Positions 12,514 through 23,222 of a stretch of 64,000 bases of DNA are shown here, in pieces. The stretch is from an uncultured delta proteobacterium. GTDB taxonomy: Bacteria > Myxococcota > Myxococcia > Myxococcales > Myxococcaceae. The stretch lies in NCBI GenBank assembly GCA_963776345.1, contig CAVZMH010000015.1, forward strand, positions 480,001 through 544,000, written 5' to 3'. Below the pieces are notes generated by a model. It searched no databases, was not told where the DNA came from, and saw nothing but the letters and a program-made list of their open reading frames with translations. Within the stretch, counting starts at the first letter, position 1; each line of letters begins with the position of its first letter. Both the position numbers and the translations under genes were made by a program.

Positions 12514-12587
12514 TGGGCCTAGGTGGACTCGAACCACCGACCTCGCGCTTATCAGGCGCGCGCTCTAGCCAGCTGAGCTATAGGCCC
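12514..12587 (-). tRNA. tRNA-Ile(GAT), CCA not encoded
   Basis: GGGCCTATAGCTCAGCTGGCTAGAGCGCGCGCCTGATAAGCGCGAGGTCGGTGGTTCGAGTCCACCTAGGCCCA, followed by AGG. Confidence 0.95.
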
Positions 12588-12654
12588 GCTCCCGCTCGAG
12601 CGCTCCACGTACCAACGGAAAGTTCAAAGAGCGAGCCTGCAACCACCGGCTCGG

Positions 12655-12680
12655 CCTCTCAAAACCAGACAGCAAGTCCT
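12655..12680. repeat. Arm of the inverted repeat flanking 16S rRNA (processing stem; partner at about 14549-14578, next to a boxA-like TCTTTGAAAAC)
   Basis: CTCAAAACCAGACAGCAAGTCC pairs imperfectly with GGACTTGCTATCCGGTTTTCAAAG. GTTTTCAAAGA occurs upstream of both 16S and 23S. Confidence 0.7.
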
Positions 12681-12791
12681 TTTCGACGACTGCATTCGGA
12701 AACCGCCGTTGACCTAAAGGTCGACCACTCCGGAGCAGAGCTCCAGCGGGATGGGCCATGTCGATGCCGAAGCACCAACCCCATCCCAGGG

Positions 12792-14348
<1,557 letters not shown>

Positions 14349-14623
14349 AATATTGAAGGATTTGAACTGGCGTATCTCCTCCTCGAACCGTCGTCCTCGG
14401 GCGGGCCCTCACGGGCGTACCCTCGGAGTCCAGACCGAACAGGAGTCGCTGTTCGGGACACGCCGCCTCTCCTCGACTCCGCCTCGCGGCGGACCCGGGT
14501 GAAGACGTGCGCATCCAATTGAATTGACTGCGGTTTCCGCAATCGTCTTGGACTTGCTATCCGGTTTTCAAAGACCGAGCCGCCGTCCTCCGGACCGTCA
14601 CCGGTCCGTCTGGCGGGCCGACC

Positions 14624-14652
14624 CTTCTACGGTCGGCATCTGAGGCTGTCAA
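14624..14652 (-). promoter_or_regulatory. rRNA operon sigma70-type promoter (proximal, P2-like)
   Basis: TTGACA (14652-14647), 17 nt spacer, TAGAAG (14629-14624). Confidence 0.55.
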
Positions 14653-14781
14653 GCATCCCGCGCGGGGCGGGAACCCAGTGCTTTCAAGGACCTGGACCAG
14701 CATCCCTGAGGGGTTCTGGGGGCCTCGGAGAGGAGCCAACCCACCGCTGATCCGGGGGTGGTTCATCCGAAGGGGTCGGTG

Positions 14782-14810
14782 TCTATACCGTCATGACCCG
14801 AACCTGTCAA
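14782..14810 (-). promoter_or_regulatory. rRNA operon sigma70-type promoter (distal, P1-like)
   Basis: TTGACA (14810-14805), 17 nt spacer, TATAGA (14787-14782), followed by a GC-rich discriminator. Confidence 0.75.
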
Positions 14811-14994
14811 CCCAGGGTGCTCACTGCCGTTTCCGGCATTCCCCGGGTGGTCCGTCCTGCAGAGCGCGGTGACCGGACCCGCCCGAGCCCGCGCCGAACC
14901 TATTCCATTGTCGTGCGACCCTTCCCCAGCACCACGCCCGCTCCCCGAGGGAGCGACCACCCACCGCCCTCGCCCGACTGCTGTGAGGGGCGCG

Positions 14995-15651
14995 CTAGAT
15001 AGAGAACTCGGCCCGCTGTGTCAACTCCCTCTGCGCGGCGCGTCGAAGCCCGAGGCTCACGAGGTCCACCCTCCCCCTCCGGCACCGCTCGGCGGTGACG
15101 ATGGCCTCCAGCTCCTCGTAGGCCCGATCCACCGAGTCGTTCACCACCAGGTAGTCGTACGCCCGGGCCCCGTGCTCGAGCTCCGAGCGCGCGGCCAGCA
15201 TCCGCCGCCGGATGGAGTCCTCGCTCTCCGTCCCCCGTTCCCGGAGGCGCCGCTCCAGCTCCGCCATGCTCGGGGGAAGCACGAAGACCAGCACCGCTTC
15301 GGGGAACCGCCGCTGGATCGACTGCCCGCCCTGCACGTCGATGTCGAAGACCGCGATGCCCCCGGTGGAGAACGCCCGGTCCACCGCCGACTGCGGGCTA
15401 CCGTAGAAGTTGCCGTGCACCTCGGCCCACTCCACCAGCTCGTCCCGCTCGATCATCCCCTGGAAGGTGAGCGAGTCCACGAAGTGGTAGTCCACCCCGT
15501 CGCGCTCCGCCCCCCGCGGCTCGCGGGTGGTCATGCTGACGCTGAACGCCGCCTCCGGATGCGCCCCCACGAAGCGCCGGGCGAGCGTAGTCTTCCCCGT
15601 CCCCGAGGGGGCCGAGAGCACCAGCAGGAGGCCTCGGTGGATGGCGGTCAT
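14995..15651 (-). CDS. gmk: Guanylate kinase
   Basis: SAPSGTGKTT P-loop, SVSMTTREPRGAERDGVDYHFV, EWAEVHGNFYGS, DIDVQG, FVLPPS. Confidence 0.95.
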   Translation of the reverse strand: MTAIHRGLLLVLSAPSGTGKTTLARRFVGAHPEAAFSVSMTTREPRGAERDGVDYHFVDSLTFQGMIERDELVEWAEVHGNFYGSPQSAVDRAFSTGGIAVFDIDVQGGQSIQRRFPEAVLVFVLPPSMAELERRLRERGTESEDSIRRRMLAARSELEHGARAYDYLVVNDSVDRAYEELEAIVTAERCRRGRVDLVSLGLRRAAQRELTQRAEFSI

Positions 15652-16526
15652 TCGACGTTCTGGACCTGCTCGCGGATCCGCTCCAGCTCCGCCTTGAGCT
15701 CGACGATCCGGGTGGAGATCTCAGTGGACTGGCTCTTGCTCCCGGTGGTGTTCACCTCCCGGTGCATCTCCTGGACGAGGAAGTCCATCCGCCGGCCGGC
15801 CGGCTCGCTCGCCCCGAGGAAGCCCCGGAACGCGTCGAGGTGCGCCTGGAGCCGCGTCGCCTCCTCCGCCACGTCCGTCCGCTCGGCGAAGAGCGCCACC
15901 TCCTGCACCAGCCTCGCCTCGTCCACCGGTGCGCCCTTCAGGAGCTCCGCCACCCGCTCGTGCAGCCGGGCCCGGTAGCTCTCCACGGTCCTCGGGGCCA
16001 GCGCCGCGACCTCGGCCGCGAGCGTGGCCACCCGGGCGAGCCGCGTCGAGAGGTCCGCCTCCAGCGCCCGCCCTTCCCGCTCGCGCATCGCCACCAGCGC
16101 GCCCAGCGCCTCGGCCAGCGCCCGGTCCAGCGCGTCCTCGGCCACGGCGAGGTCGGTCACCGGCTCCTCCATCCGCACCACCCCGGGCTGGTTGGCGATC
16201 TGCGCCGCGGTCGGCACGTCGGCCAGCTCCACCGCCCGCGCCACCGCCCGCAGCGCCTCGCGCCAGGCCCGGGCCATGGCCTGGTCCACGGTCGGCACCG
16301 CGCCGCTCGCCGTGCTCGCGCTCCGGCGCACCGCCACGTCCACCGCCCCGCGCACGCAGCGCGCCCGCACCGCCTTGAGCACCGCGGGCTCCAGCGCCGT
16401 CAGCTCGCGCGGAAGCCGCACCTTCACCTCGAGGTGCTTGTGGTTCACGGCCCGGACCTCGACGGAGAGCTCCTCCTCCCCGGCGCGCGCCCGACCCGTC
16501 CCGAAGCCGGTCATGCTCTTGAGCAT
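15648..16526 (-). CDS. yicC: YicC/YloC family endoribonuclease
   Basis: MLKSMTGFG, RAVNHK, DVAEEATRL, GRRMDFLVQEMHREVNTTGSKS, REQVQNVE; directly upstream of gmk. Confidence 0.93.
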   Translation of the reverse strand: MLKSMTGFGTGRARAGEEELSVEVRAVNHKHLEVKVRLPRELTALEPAVLKAVRARCVRGAVDVAVRRSASTASGAVPTVDQAMARAWREALRAVARAVELADVPTAAQIANQPGVVRMEEPVTDLAVAEDALDRALAEALGALVAMREREGRALEADLSTRLARVATLAAEVAALAPRTVESYRARLHERVAELLKGAPVDEARLVQEVALFAERTDVAEEATRLQAHLDAFRGFLGASEPAGRRMDFLVQEMHREVNTTGSKSQSTEISTRIVELKAELERIREQVQNVE

Positions 16527-16576
16527 GTCCCCAGGGGTGCTAGGAGGCGCCGCACCCGGTCGTCAAGGCCCACCTG

Positions 16577-17659
16577 ATGCAACCCTGGCACAAGCGACTG
16601 GAAGGCACGGGAAAGAGGACCCTGGCACGGGTGGCGTCGCTGGCCTTCCGGAGGCCGGCCCGCGCCTTGCCCCCGGGGCTCGGCCGGGTCCTCCTGGTCC
16701 GGGTCGACGACCGGGTCGGAGAGGCGCTCCTGACCACCCCGCTGGCGGTGACGCTGAAGCGGCTCCGGCCGGCGCCGCGAGTCGACGTCCTCGTGCATCG
16801 CAAGACGGCGCGCGTCCTCGACGGGCACCCCGCGGTGGACCGCATCCTCACCCTCGACCGGCGGCTCCTCGGCCTCGGCCCGCTCGCGCCCGGCATCCGC
16901 GCCGTCCGGAGCGCCGGCCCCTGGGACGTGGTCGTCGACTGCGGGAACTGGGAGGTCCCGGGCGTCACCTCGGCGCTGGTCTCCCGCCTCGTGGCCGGAC
17001 CGGCACAGGTCATCGGGCCCGCGGTCGCGCCCACCGGTCCACTGCACGATCTTCCCGTACCCGCGCGCGCGGATACCCGCTCCGAGCTCGCCCAGCGGCT
17101 GAATCTCCTGTCGCCGCTTCTCGAGCCTCCGCGGCTGCTCCCCACGTTCCGGATACCGCGGGTCGCGGAATCGCTGGCCCCGCTCCTCGCGCAGGCGCAC
17201 GCATCGCCTCACGCCGTGCTCGTTCCCGGCGGCCGTCTCGGATGGAGACGCATCCCTCCGGAGCTCCTTGGCGTGGCCGCCCGCGCGCTCCAGGAGGCCG
17301 GCCGCACCGTCATCGTCGCCTGGGGACCCGGTGAGGAGGAGCTCGCGAGGAGCATCGTCGCCGCCAGCGCCGGTGCACAGCTCGCGCCTCCGACGGATCT
17401 CGACGGGCTCGCCGCGCTGCTGGCCGCCGCCGGATGCACTGTCTGCAACAACTCCGGGCCGATGCACCTGTCCGTGGCCGTCGGGGCGCCCACCCTGGCC
17501 CTGTTCCTCAGGATGGACCCCGAGCGCTGGGGCTACCGCGAGCCACCACACGCGGTGCTCGACCTCACGCCCCTCATCGAGGACTCGACCCGGGCCGCGC
17601 AGGAGGCGCACCGGGCCGTCCGGGCCTTCACGCAGGGGCTGGGACCACGCCGGGCCTGA
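16577..17659 (+). CDS. Glycosyltransferase family 9 (LPS heptosyltransferase-like)
   Basis: RVLLVRVDDRVGEALLTTP, VCNNSGPMHLSVAVGAPTLALF; LPS core gene context. Confidence 0.85.
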   Translation: MQPWHKRLEGTGKRTLARVASLAFRRPARALPPGLGRVLLVRVDDRVGEALLTTPLAVTLKRLRPAPRVDVLVHRKTARVLDGHPAVDRILTLDRRLLGLGPLAPGIRAVRSAGPWDVVVDCGNWEVPGVTSALVSRLVAGPAQVIGPAVAPTGPLHDLPVPARADTRSELAQRLNLLSPLLEPPRLLPTFRIPRVAESLAPLLAQAHASPHAVLVPGGRLGWRRIPPELLGVAARALQEAGRTVIVAWGPGEEELARSIVAASAGAQLAPPTDLDGLAALLAAAGCTVCNNSGPMHLSVAVGAPTLALFLRMDPERWGYREPPHAVLDLTPLIEDSTRAAQEAHRAVRAFTQGLGPRRA

Positions 17660-17764
17660 GGCGGGACCGCAGCACTGGTCTCGTGGCTCGAGGTCCGATC
17701 GAGCGTCCCAGACTGTTTTCCGAGTTGAACGTGGGAACCCCCTCCACCCAGACTGCCCCTGTCC

Positions 17765-18487
17765 GTGGCCCGATTCGATTTCAAGGACGCGCCCAGCACC
17801 CGGGCGTTCATCTGCGGGCACGTGGCCGCCGGGGACCCCGTCCTCTACGTGTCGCACGACGACGACGGCGACTGGCAGTTCCTCTGCGGACGGGTACACG
17901 ATCCCGAGGCCAACCACAGGCCGCTCCTGGTCTGCCTCGAGGATGCGGTCCGTCTCGATCCAGCCGTGAACGACCTCGCGGAGCTGTGCATCAACCACCA
18001 CGCCGAACGCGCCTCCCCATCGGCTCCCTGGTCGATCACCGACGACGGCGAGGGATTCATCCGACGCTGCGTCGAGGAGTTCGGCTGGGCGATCCAGCTC
18101 GTGGCGGAGGGCGAGTCGCCGGCAGAGCACGCGTTCGCGTACACGATCGGACTCGAGCACTCCTTCGGACACCCGGAGCTGATCATCCTCGGGCTACCGC
18201 AGCCGGTGATGAAGGACGTCCTCAACGAGGTTGGGGGAAGGATCAAGGCCGGCGCGCGCTTCTCCCCAGGCGATCGCCTCGATGACGTCCTCGAGCGCTT
18301 CCCCGTGCTCCTCCGCGAGGTGCGGAGCCCGGACAGCTTCAAGGAGCACGTCGGATACGCGCTCTGGTTCTACGCTGGCCGGCCGTTTCGGCTTCTTCAG
18401 GTCGTCTGGCCCGACAAGGAAGGACGGTTCCCGGGTCAACAGGGGGCCGCTGATTCGCTGAGGGATCTCCAGCCACTCCTTCCCTGA
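17765..18487 (+). CDS. Two-domain protein: N-terminal HDxxGDWQF domain plus C-terminal DUF4262-like domain
   Basis: VLYVSHDDDGDWQFLCG; FAYTIGL...GHPELIILGLP...LQVVWPDKEGRFP. Confidence 0.7.
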   Translation: MARFDFKDAPSTRAFICGHVAAGDPVLYVSHDDDGDWQFLCGRVHDPEANHRPLLVCLEDAVRLDPAVNDLAELCINHHAERASPSAPWSITDDGEGFIRRCVEEFGWAIQLVAEGESPAEHAFAYTIGLEHSFGHPELIILGLPQPVMKDVLNEVGGRIKAGARFSPGDRLDDVLERFPVLLREVRSPDSFKEHVGYALWFYAGRPFRLLQVVWPDKEGRFPGQQGAADSLRDLQPLLP

Positions 18488-18685
18488 ACGAGCCGGCGCG
18501 GCCGGCGCCGCCGTGGGCGGGGGAGCGCCACCGTAGCGCACGCCGCAGGGCCGCACGAGCCTCGTGCCGCTGACCGCGCCCAGGAAGTCCGCCACCTGCG
18601 CACCATCCCTCCCGTCTCTCCCCTGCGGCTCGATGGCTGACGCCGAGGAGGCAGGAGCGAGGCGCTGGTCGTCAGCCGGGGCGCG

Positions 18686-19171
18686 TCAGGGCGTCTCGCG
18701 TTCGAGCCGCTCCAGCAGCTCCGTGGTGCTGTGGTCCTTCGGGTCTCCGGCGATCGCCACCCGGCCGCCCCAGGCCGCGAGCTCGTCCCGCTCGGGCACC
18801 GTCTCCGGCGTGTAGTCGGTTCCCTTGACGTGGAGATGCGGCCGGAGCCGCCGCAGCACCGCGCGCACGTCGGGCTCGCCGAAGAGCACCACGTGGTCCG
18901 TGCAGCCCAGCGCCGCCACCAGCTCGGCCCGCTCCGCCGCAGCGATCCTCGGCCGACCCGGGCCCTTCAGCGCCCGCACCGAGGCGTCGTCGTTCACCGC
19001 CACCACCAGCACGTCGGCCAGCGCCTTCGCACCCTCGAGGTACCGGACGTGCCCCACGTGCAGGAGATCGAACGCCCCGTTCGCCAAGGCCACCGTCTTC
19101 CCCGCCTCGCGCGCAGCCTCCACCGCCGCCGCCACCACCTCCAGCGGCTGTACCTTCCCCGCCGTGGTCAC
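18686..19171 (-). CDS. D-glycero-beta-D-manno-heptose 1-phosphate adenylyltransferase (stand-alone HldE/RfaE domain II)
   Basis: [18 protein letters not shown] (HxGH), [27 protein letters not shown]. Confidence 0.9.
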   Translation of the reverse strand: MTTAGKVQPLEVVAAAVEAAREAGKTVALANGAFDLLHVGHVRYLEGAKALADVLVVAVNDDASVRALKGPGRPRIAAAERAELVAALGCTDHVVLFGEPDVRAVLRRLRPHLHVKGTDYTPETVPERDELAAWGGRVAIAGDPKDHSTTELLERLERETP

Positions 19172-20148
19172 CGGCCCGCCAGCTCCGCCGCGAGCTCGTC
19201 CGCGGTCACCGGCGCCGTCCCGGGCTTCAGCACCACCAGCGCCCCCGCCACGTTCGCCAGCTCCGCCGCCGCACGCGCCGGCGCACCGGCCGCGAGCCCG
19301 AGCGTGAACGCCGCCATCACCGTGTCGCCCGCGCCGGTGACGTCCACCGCCGCCCGCGTCCCGTGCGCCGGGAGCAGCTGCACCGCCCCGCCTCGCTCGA
19401 GCACCGCCATCCCGCGCCGGCCCCGCGTCACCAGGAGCACCTCGGCATCGAGCGCCTCCAGGCCCGCCGCCGTCGCGCGCTCCAGCGCCGCGTCGTCCTC
19501 CACCGGAAGCCCGGTCAGCGCCGCCAGCTCGGGCTCGTTCGGCTTCGCCGCGCGGAACCCCGCCAGCGACCCGAGCGCGTAGCGGGAGTCCACCGAGACC
19601 AGGAGCCCGCTCGCCGCCAGCCGGCGCAGCGCCGCCCGGGTCGCCTCACCGATCACCCCTCCCCCGTAGTCGCTGACCAGCACCGCGTCGGCCCCCTGCG
19701 CCGCCTCCTCCAGCGCCCGCGCCACCCCCTCCGCCACCTTCGCCGCCAGCGGCAGCGGGTTCCCGCGGTCGAGCCGCAGCATCTGCTGCCGCGTGGTGTT
19801 CAGGCCGCCGGCGAGGATGCGCGTCTTGGTCTCGGTCACCGGCGCGTCCACCGCCACCAGCCGGATGCCCCGCTCGGCGAACCGGCCCCGCAGCGCCTCT
19901 CCCATCTCGTCGCGGCCGAGCACCCCCACCGCAGTCACCTCGGCCCCCAGCGCCCGCGCGTTCGCCGCCGCGTTCCCCGCTCCGCCCAGCGTCACCTCGG
20001 ACGACTCGTGCCGAACCACCAGCACCGGCGCCTCGCGGCTCACCCGGTCGGTCTGGCCCGAGACGTAGTGGTCGGCAACCAGGTCCCCGAGCACCACCAG
20101 CTTGCGCGAGCGGAAGGCCGAGAGCAGCCGCGACAGATCGGACGCCAC
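19168..20148 (-). CDS. D-glycero-beta-D-manno-heptose 7-phosphate kinase (stand-alone HldE/RfaE domain I, PfkB family)
   Basis: [10 protein letters not shown]...[37 protein letters not shown]. Start set at GTG 20148. Confidence 0.88.
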   Translation of the reverse strand: MASDLSRLLSAFRSRKLVVLGDLVADHYVSGQTDRVSREAPVLVVRHESSEVTLGGAGNAAANARALGAEVTAVGVLGRDEMGEALRGRFAERGIRLVAVDAPVTETKTRILAGGLNTTRQQMLRLDRGNPLPLAAKVAEGVARALEEAAQGADAVLVSDYGGGVIGEATRAALRRLAASGLLVSVDSRYALGSLAGFRAAKPNEPELAALTGLPVEDDAALERATAAGLEALDAEVLLVTRGRRGMAVLERGGAVQLLPAHGTRAAVDVTGAGDTVMAAFTLGLAAGAPARAAAELANVAGALVVLKPGTAPVTADELAAELAGR

Positions 20149-20203
20149 GTTCGCCCTCGCTTGTCCCACACCCCGGCCCCCCGGCGCCAATTCCTCGCCC
20201 TCC

Positions 20204-21238
20204 TCAGGCCGAGAGGAGCCGGTCCAGGAGCTCCTCCCCCTCGAGCACCTGCACCCCGAGCCGCAGCACGTGCACCGCGGCGCCCTCGGGACACCGCACC
20301 CGGTCCTTCTCCGTGGTGACCAGCCAGGCGCCCGCGCCGGACGCCTGGCGCTCGAGCGCCCGCAGCTCGTCCGCGCCGAACGGGTGGTGGTCCGGGAAGC
20401 CGGTGAAACCCACCACCTCCGCCCCGAGGCCCTCGAGCGTCCGCCGGAACCCCGAGGGCCGGCCGATCCCGGCGAATCCCACCACGCGGCGGCCGCGCAG
20501 CACGTCGGCCGGATGCACCTCGCCCTCCGGATCCACCAGGTCGCGCGGCCCGTGAAGTGCCCGCACGCGCGGCACTCCGGCCGGCCACGGCACCGGCACC
20601 GGTGTCTCGGCCGCACGCACCCAGAGCAGGCTCGCCCGACAGAGCGCCCAGGCCGGCTCGCGCAGCGGCCCCCGCGGCAGCAGGTGCCCGTTGCCCAGCC
20701 CCACCGCCTCGTCCACCACCACCACGTCCACGTCTCGCGCGAGCTGCCAGTGCTGGAAGCCGTCGTCGAGCAGCGCCACCCCCGCCCCGCACCGCGCCGC
20801 GAGACGGGCCAGCGCCACCCGGTTCGCGCCCACCCACACCTTCGCTGCCGGCAGGCCGCGGGCCAGCATCAGCGGCTCGTCCCCGCACCGCGCCGCCTCC
20901 GGCCAGGGGGGCCCCTCGACCCGGACGTCCGCCGTGGCCTCGCGCCCGTGTCCGCGGCTCAGGATGGCCACCGGCCGGCCCTGCGCGAGCAACCGCTCGG
21001 CCAGCGCACGCACCACCGGCGTCTTCCCCGTCCCGCCCACCAGCACGTTCCCCACCGAGATGACCCGCAGCCCGGGCACCCGCTCGGCCCGGATCCATCC
21101 CCGCGCCCGCGCCGCGGTCCTCGCCTGCACCCCCGCCGCGAACAGCGCCTCGGCGAACGCGAGCGGAGACAGGGCGAGCTCTCGCAGCGGGCCTTCCGGA
21201 CGCTCCGGATAGAAGAGCCGCTCGAGCCAGGCGCTCAT
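20204..21238 (-). CDS. lpxK: Tetraacyldisaccharide 4'-kinase
   Basis: ISVGNVLVGGTGKTP, ILSRGHG, GDEP, LDDGFQH, LLPRGPLRE, FPDHH, TTEKD. Start ATG 21238. Confidence 0.93.
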   Translation of the reverse strand: MSAWLERLFYPERPEGPLRELALSPLAFAEALFAAGVQARTAARARGWIRAERVPGLRVISVGNVLVGGTGKTPVVRALAERLLAQGRPVAILSRGHGREATADVRVEGPPWPEAARCGDEPLMLARGLPAAKVWVGANRVALARLAARCGAGVALLDDGFQHWQLARDVDVVVVDEAVGLGNGHLLPRGPLREPAWALCRASLLWVRAAETPVPVPWPAGVPRVRALHGPRDLVDPEGEVHPADVLRGRRVVGFAGIGRPSGFRRTLEGLGAEVVGFTGFPDHHPFGADELRALERQASGAGAWLVTTEKDRVRCPEGAAVHVLRLGVQVLEGEELLDRLLSA

Positions 21239-22248
21239 GCCCGCGCCCCCGCGCGCAGGTACAGCCCGAGCACCTCCTCGGCCACGCGCCGGGTGTCCGG
21301 CAAGGCCAGCGTCCGGCGCTCCGCCCGGAGCGCCTCCCTGGCCAGCGCCTCCGGCGTGAGCTCCGAAACCACCGCGTCGGCCCACTGGCCCAGCGCGCCC
21401 TCGGCCGCCCCCACCACCCGCGCGCCCACCGCCCGCCCCTGCACCGCCGGGCGCCCGGCCCCGTCGTTCCCCAGGCCCAGCACCCATAATTCGTCGAAGG
21501 CCTGCATCCAGTGCACCAGCACCTCGCCGCTCTGGTACCCGGGGAAGCGCACCTGCGAGGAGAGGCCCAGCCTGTCCGCCTGCGCCCGGAGGGACGGCCC
21601 GAGCCGCCCGTCGCCCAGGAGCACCAGCGTCGCCTGCGGCTCCCGCAGATGCAGCCGCGCGAAGGCCGACAGCGCGAGCGCGTGTCGGCGCGAGGCCTGG
21701 AAGGTCGACACCATGCCCACCACCGGAGCCGTGAGCCCCAGCGAGGCCTGGAGCGCTGCCCGGTCCGCCGCCGGACAGAACAGCGGCGTGACCAGCGGCG
21801 GGAGCACCATCCACGGCCGCCGGAGCCCGGCACCGAGCTCGGTCGTGGGCACGGTGAACGCCGCGGCCGGCGGACGGAGCGCCCGGCGCGAGCGCGCCGC
21901 GTGGAACGAGCGCACCCGGATGCCCCGGTGTCCTGACAGCGCCGCCACCCAGTGGTCGTGGCTGAAGTGCGCGTGCACCACGTCGACCTCCAGCTTCCCC
22001 AGCCGGCGCGCATCACGCCACATTCCGCGGGCGCCGTCGCGGGTGCAGAGCCGGAGCCCCTGCCCGTCGAGCAGCCCCAGGCGCTCGAGCCGGGGCGCCG
22101 CCGGCTCCTCCGAGCCCGTCCCCGGGCGTGTCGAGTCGATGGCCACCGAGACGGTGTGCCCGAGCGCCCGCTGCGCCTCCGCCAGGAGGGTCACCGGCTC
22201 GGCCGGGCCGCTCCACACCGGGCTCGACAGGAGGTGGAGGATCCTCAC
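21235..22248 (-). CDS. Glycosyltransferase family 4 (LPS core)
   Basis: RILHLLSSPVWSGPAE, DVVHAH, LLGDG, VRFPGY. GTG start overlaps the upstream stop. Confidence 0.75.
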   Translation of the reverse strand: MRILHLLSSPVWSGPAEPVTLLAEAQRALGHTVSVAIDSTRPGTGSEEPAAPRLERLGLLDGQGLRLCTRDGARGMWRDARRLGKLEVDVVHAHFSHDHWVAALSGHRGIRVRSFHAARSRRALRPPAAAFTVPTTELGAGLRRPWMVLPPLVTPLFCPAADRAALQASLGLTAPVVGMVSTFQASRRHALALSAFARLHLREPQATLVLLGDGRLGPSLRAQADRLGLSSQVRFPGYQSGEVLVHWMQAFDELWVLGLGNDGAGRPAVQGRAVGARVVGAAEGALGQWADAVVSELTPEALAREALRAERRTLALPDTRRVAEEVLGLYLRAGARA

Positions 22249-23222
22249 CGGGGCCGCTCCATCCGCGCGTACACGCCCCGGAGCGCCGCCACCTCGGCGC
22301 CCAGCGTCCATCGCGCCCGGACCTCCGTCGCCGCTGCCCGCCCCACCGCCTCGGCCTTCGCGGGGTCGGCGAGCAGCGGCTCGAGGAGCGCCACCAGCGC
22401 CGCCACCTCGCCGGCGGGGTAGAGGAAGCCGGTCACCCCGTGCTCGACCAGCTCCGGGTAGTGCGGGAGCGCCGCCGCCACCACGCAGCACCCGCTGGCC
22501 ATCGCCTCCAGCAGCACCAGCGAGAAGCTCTCCCGGCGCGACGGCTGCACCACCACCGTCAGCCCGCGGTACAGCCCCGCCGTGTCGCCCAGCTCGCCGA
22601 GCTGCTCGAGCCCCGTGAGCCCGCGCGCGAACGCCCGCCACCGCCGCGTCACCAGGCCGGCGAGCACCCCGCGCCAGTCGGGGAAGCGCGGGCCGAGCCT
22701 CGCCCAGGCCCCGGCGAGGTCCTGCTGGCCCTTCGACGGACGGAGGCGCCCCACCGCCCCGAGCCCGTGCGTCCCTCCCACCCCCAGCGCGCGCCACGCC
22801 TCCGACCGGTCCTCGGGCCGAGAGAATCGCTCGACGTCCACGCCGTGCGGGACCACCTCGGCAGGGAGCCCGAGCTCCCCGAGCGCCACCCGCGTGAGCA
22901 CCACCCGGGCATCCGCCCGCCGCGCGAGGAAGCGGGTCCAGGCCGAGGGCCGGCCCGCCGCATGCCGGGTGAAGACGACTCGAACCGACCGCGCCACCGA
23001 GCGCAGGAGGAGCGCCGCCAGCAGCTCGAGGGCCCGGTGCGCGTGGACGACCAGCGGCCCGGCCCCTGCCCGCCTCCGGAGCTCGCCCCACCGCAGCCGC
23101 CGGACGCCGGGCGACAGGCCCCACCCCGTCACCTCCGCCGGGAGCAGCCGCGCCACGTCCTCCACGTGACGGGTGACTCCGGTGCGCCGTCCGTGGAAGT
23201 GGAGGTGCACCACCGGGATCAT
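22245..23222 (-). CDS. Glycosyltransferase family 4 (LpcC-like core sugar transferase)
   Basis: RRTGVT, HAHR, VPHGVD, GRLRPSKGQ, PSRRESFSLVLLEAMASG (EX7E motif). Confidence 0.82.
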   Translation of the reverse strand: MIPVVHLHFHGRRTGVTRHVEDVARLLPAEVTGWGLSPGVRRLRWGELRRRAGAGPLVVHAHRALELLAALLLRSVARSVRVVFTRHAAGRPSAWTRFLARRADARVVLTRVALGELGLPAEVVPHGVDVERFSRPEDRSEAWRALGVGGTHGLGAVGRLRPSKGQQDLAGAWARLGPRFPDWRGVLAGLVTRRWRAFARGLTGLEQLGELGDTAGLYRGLTVVVQPSRRESFSLVLLEAMASGCCVVAAALPHYPELVEHGVTGFLYPAGEVAALVALLEPLLADPAKAEAVGRAAATEVRARWTLGAEVAALRGVYARMERPR

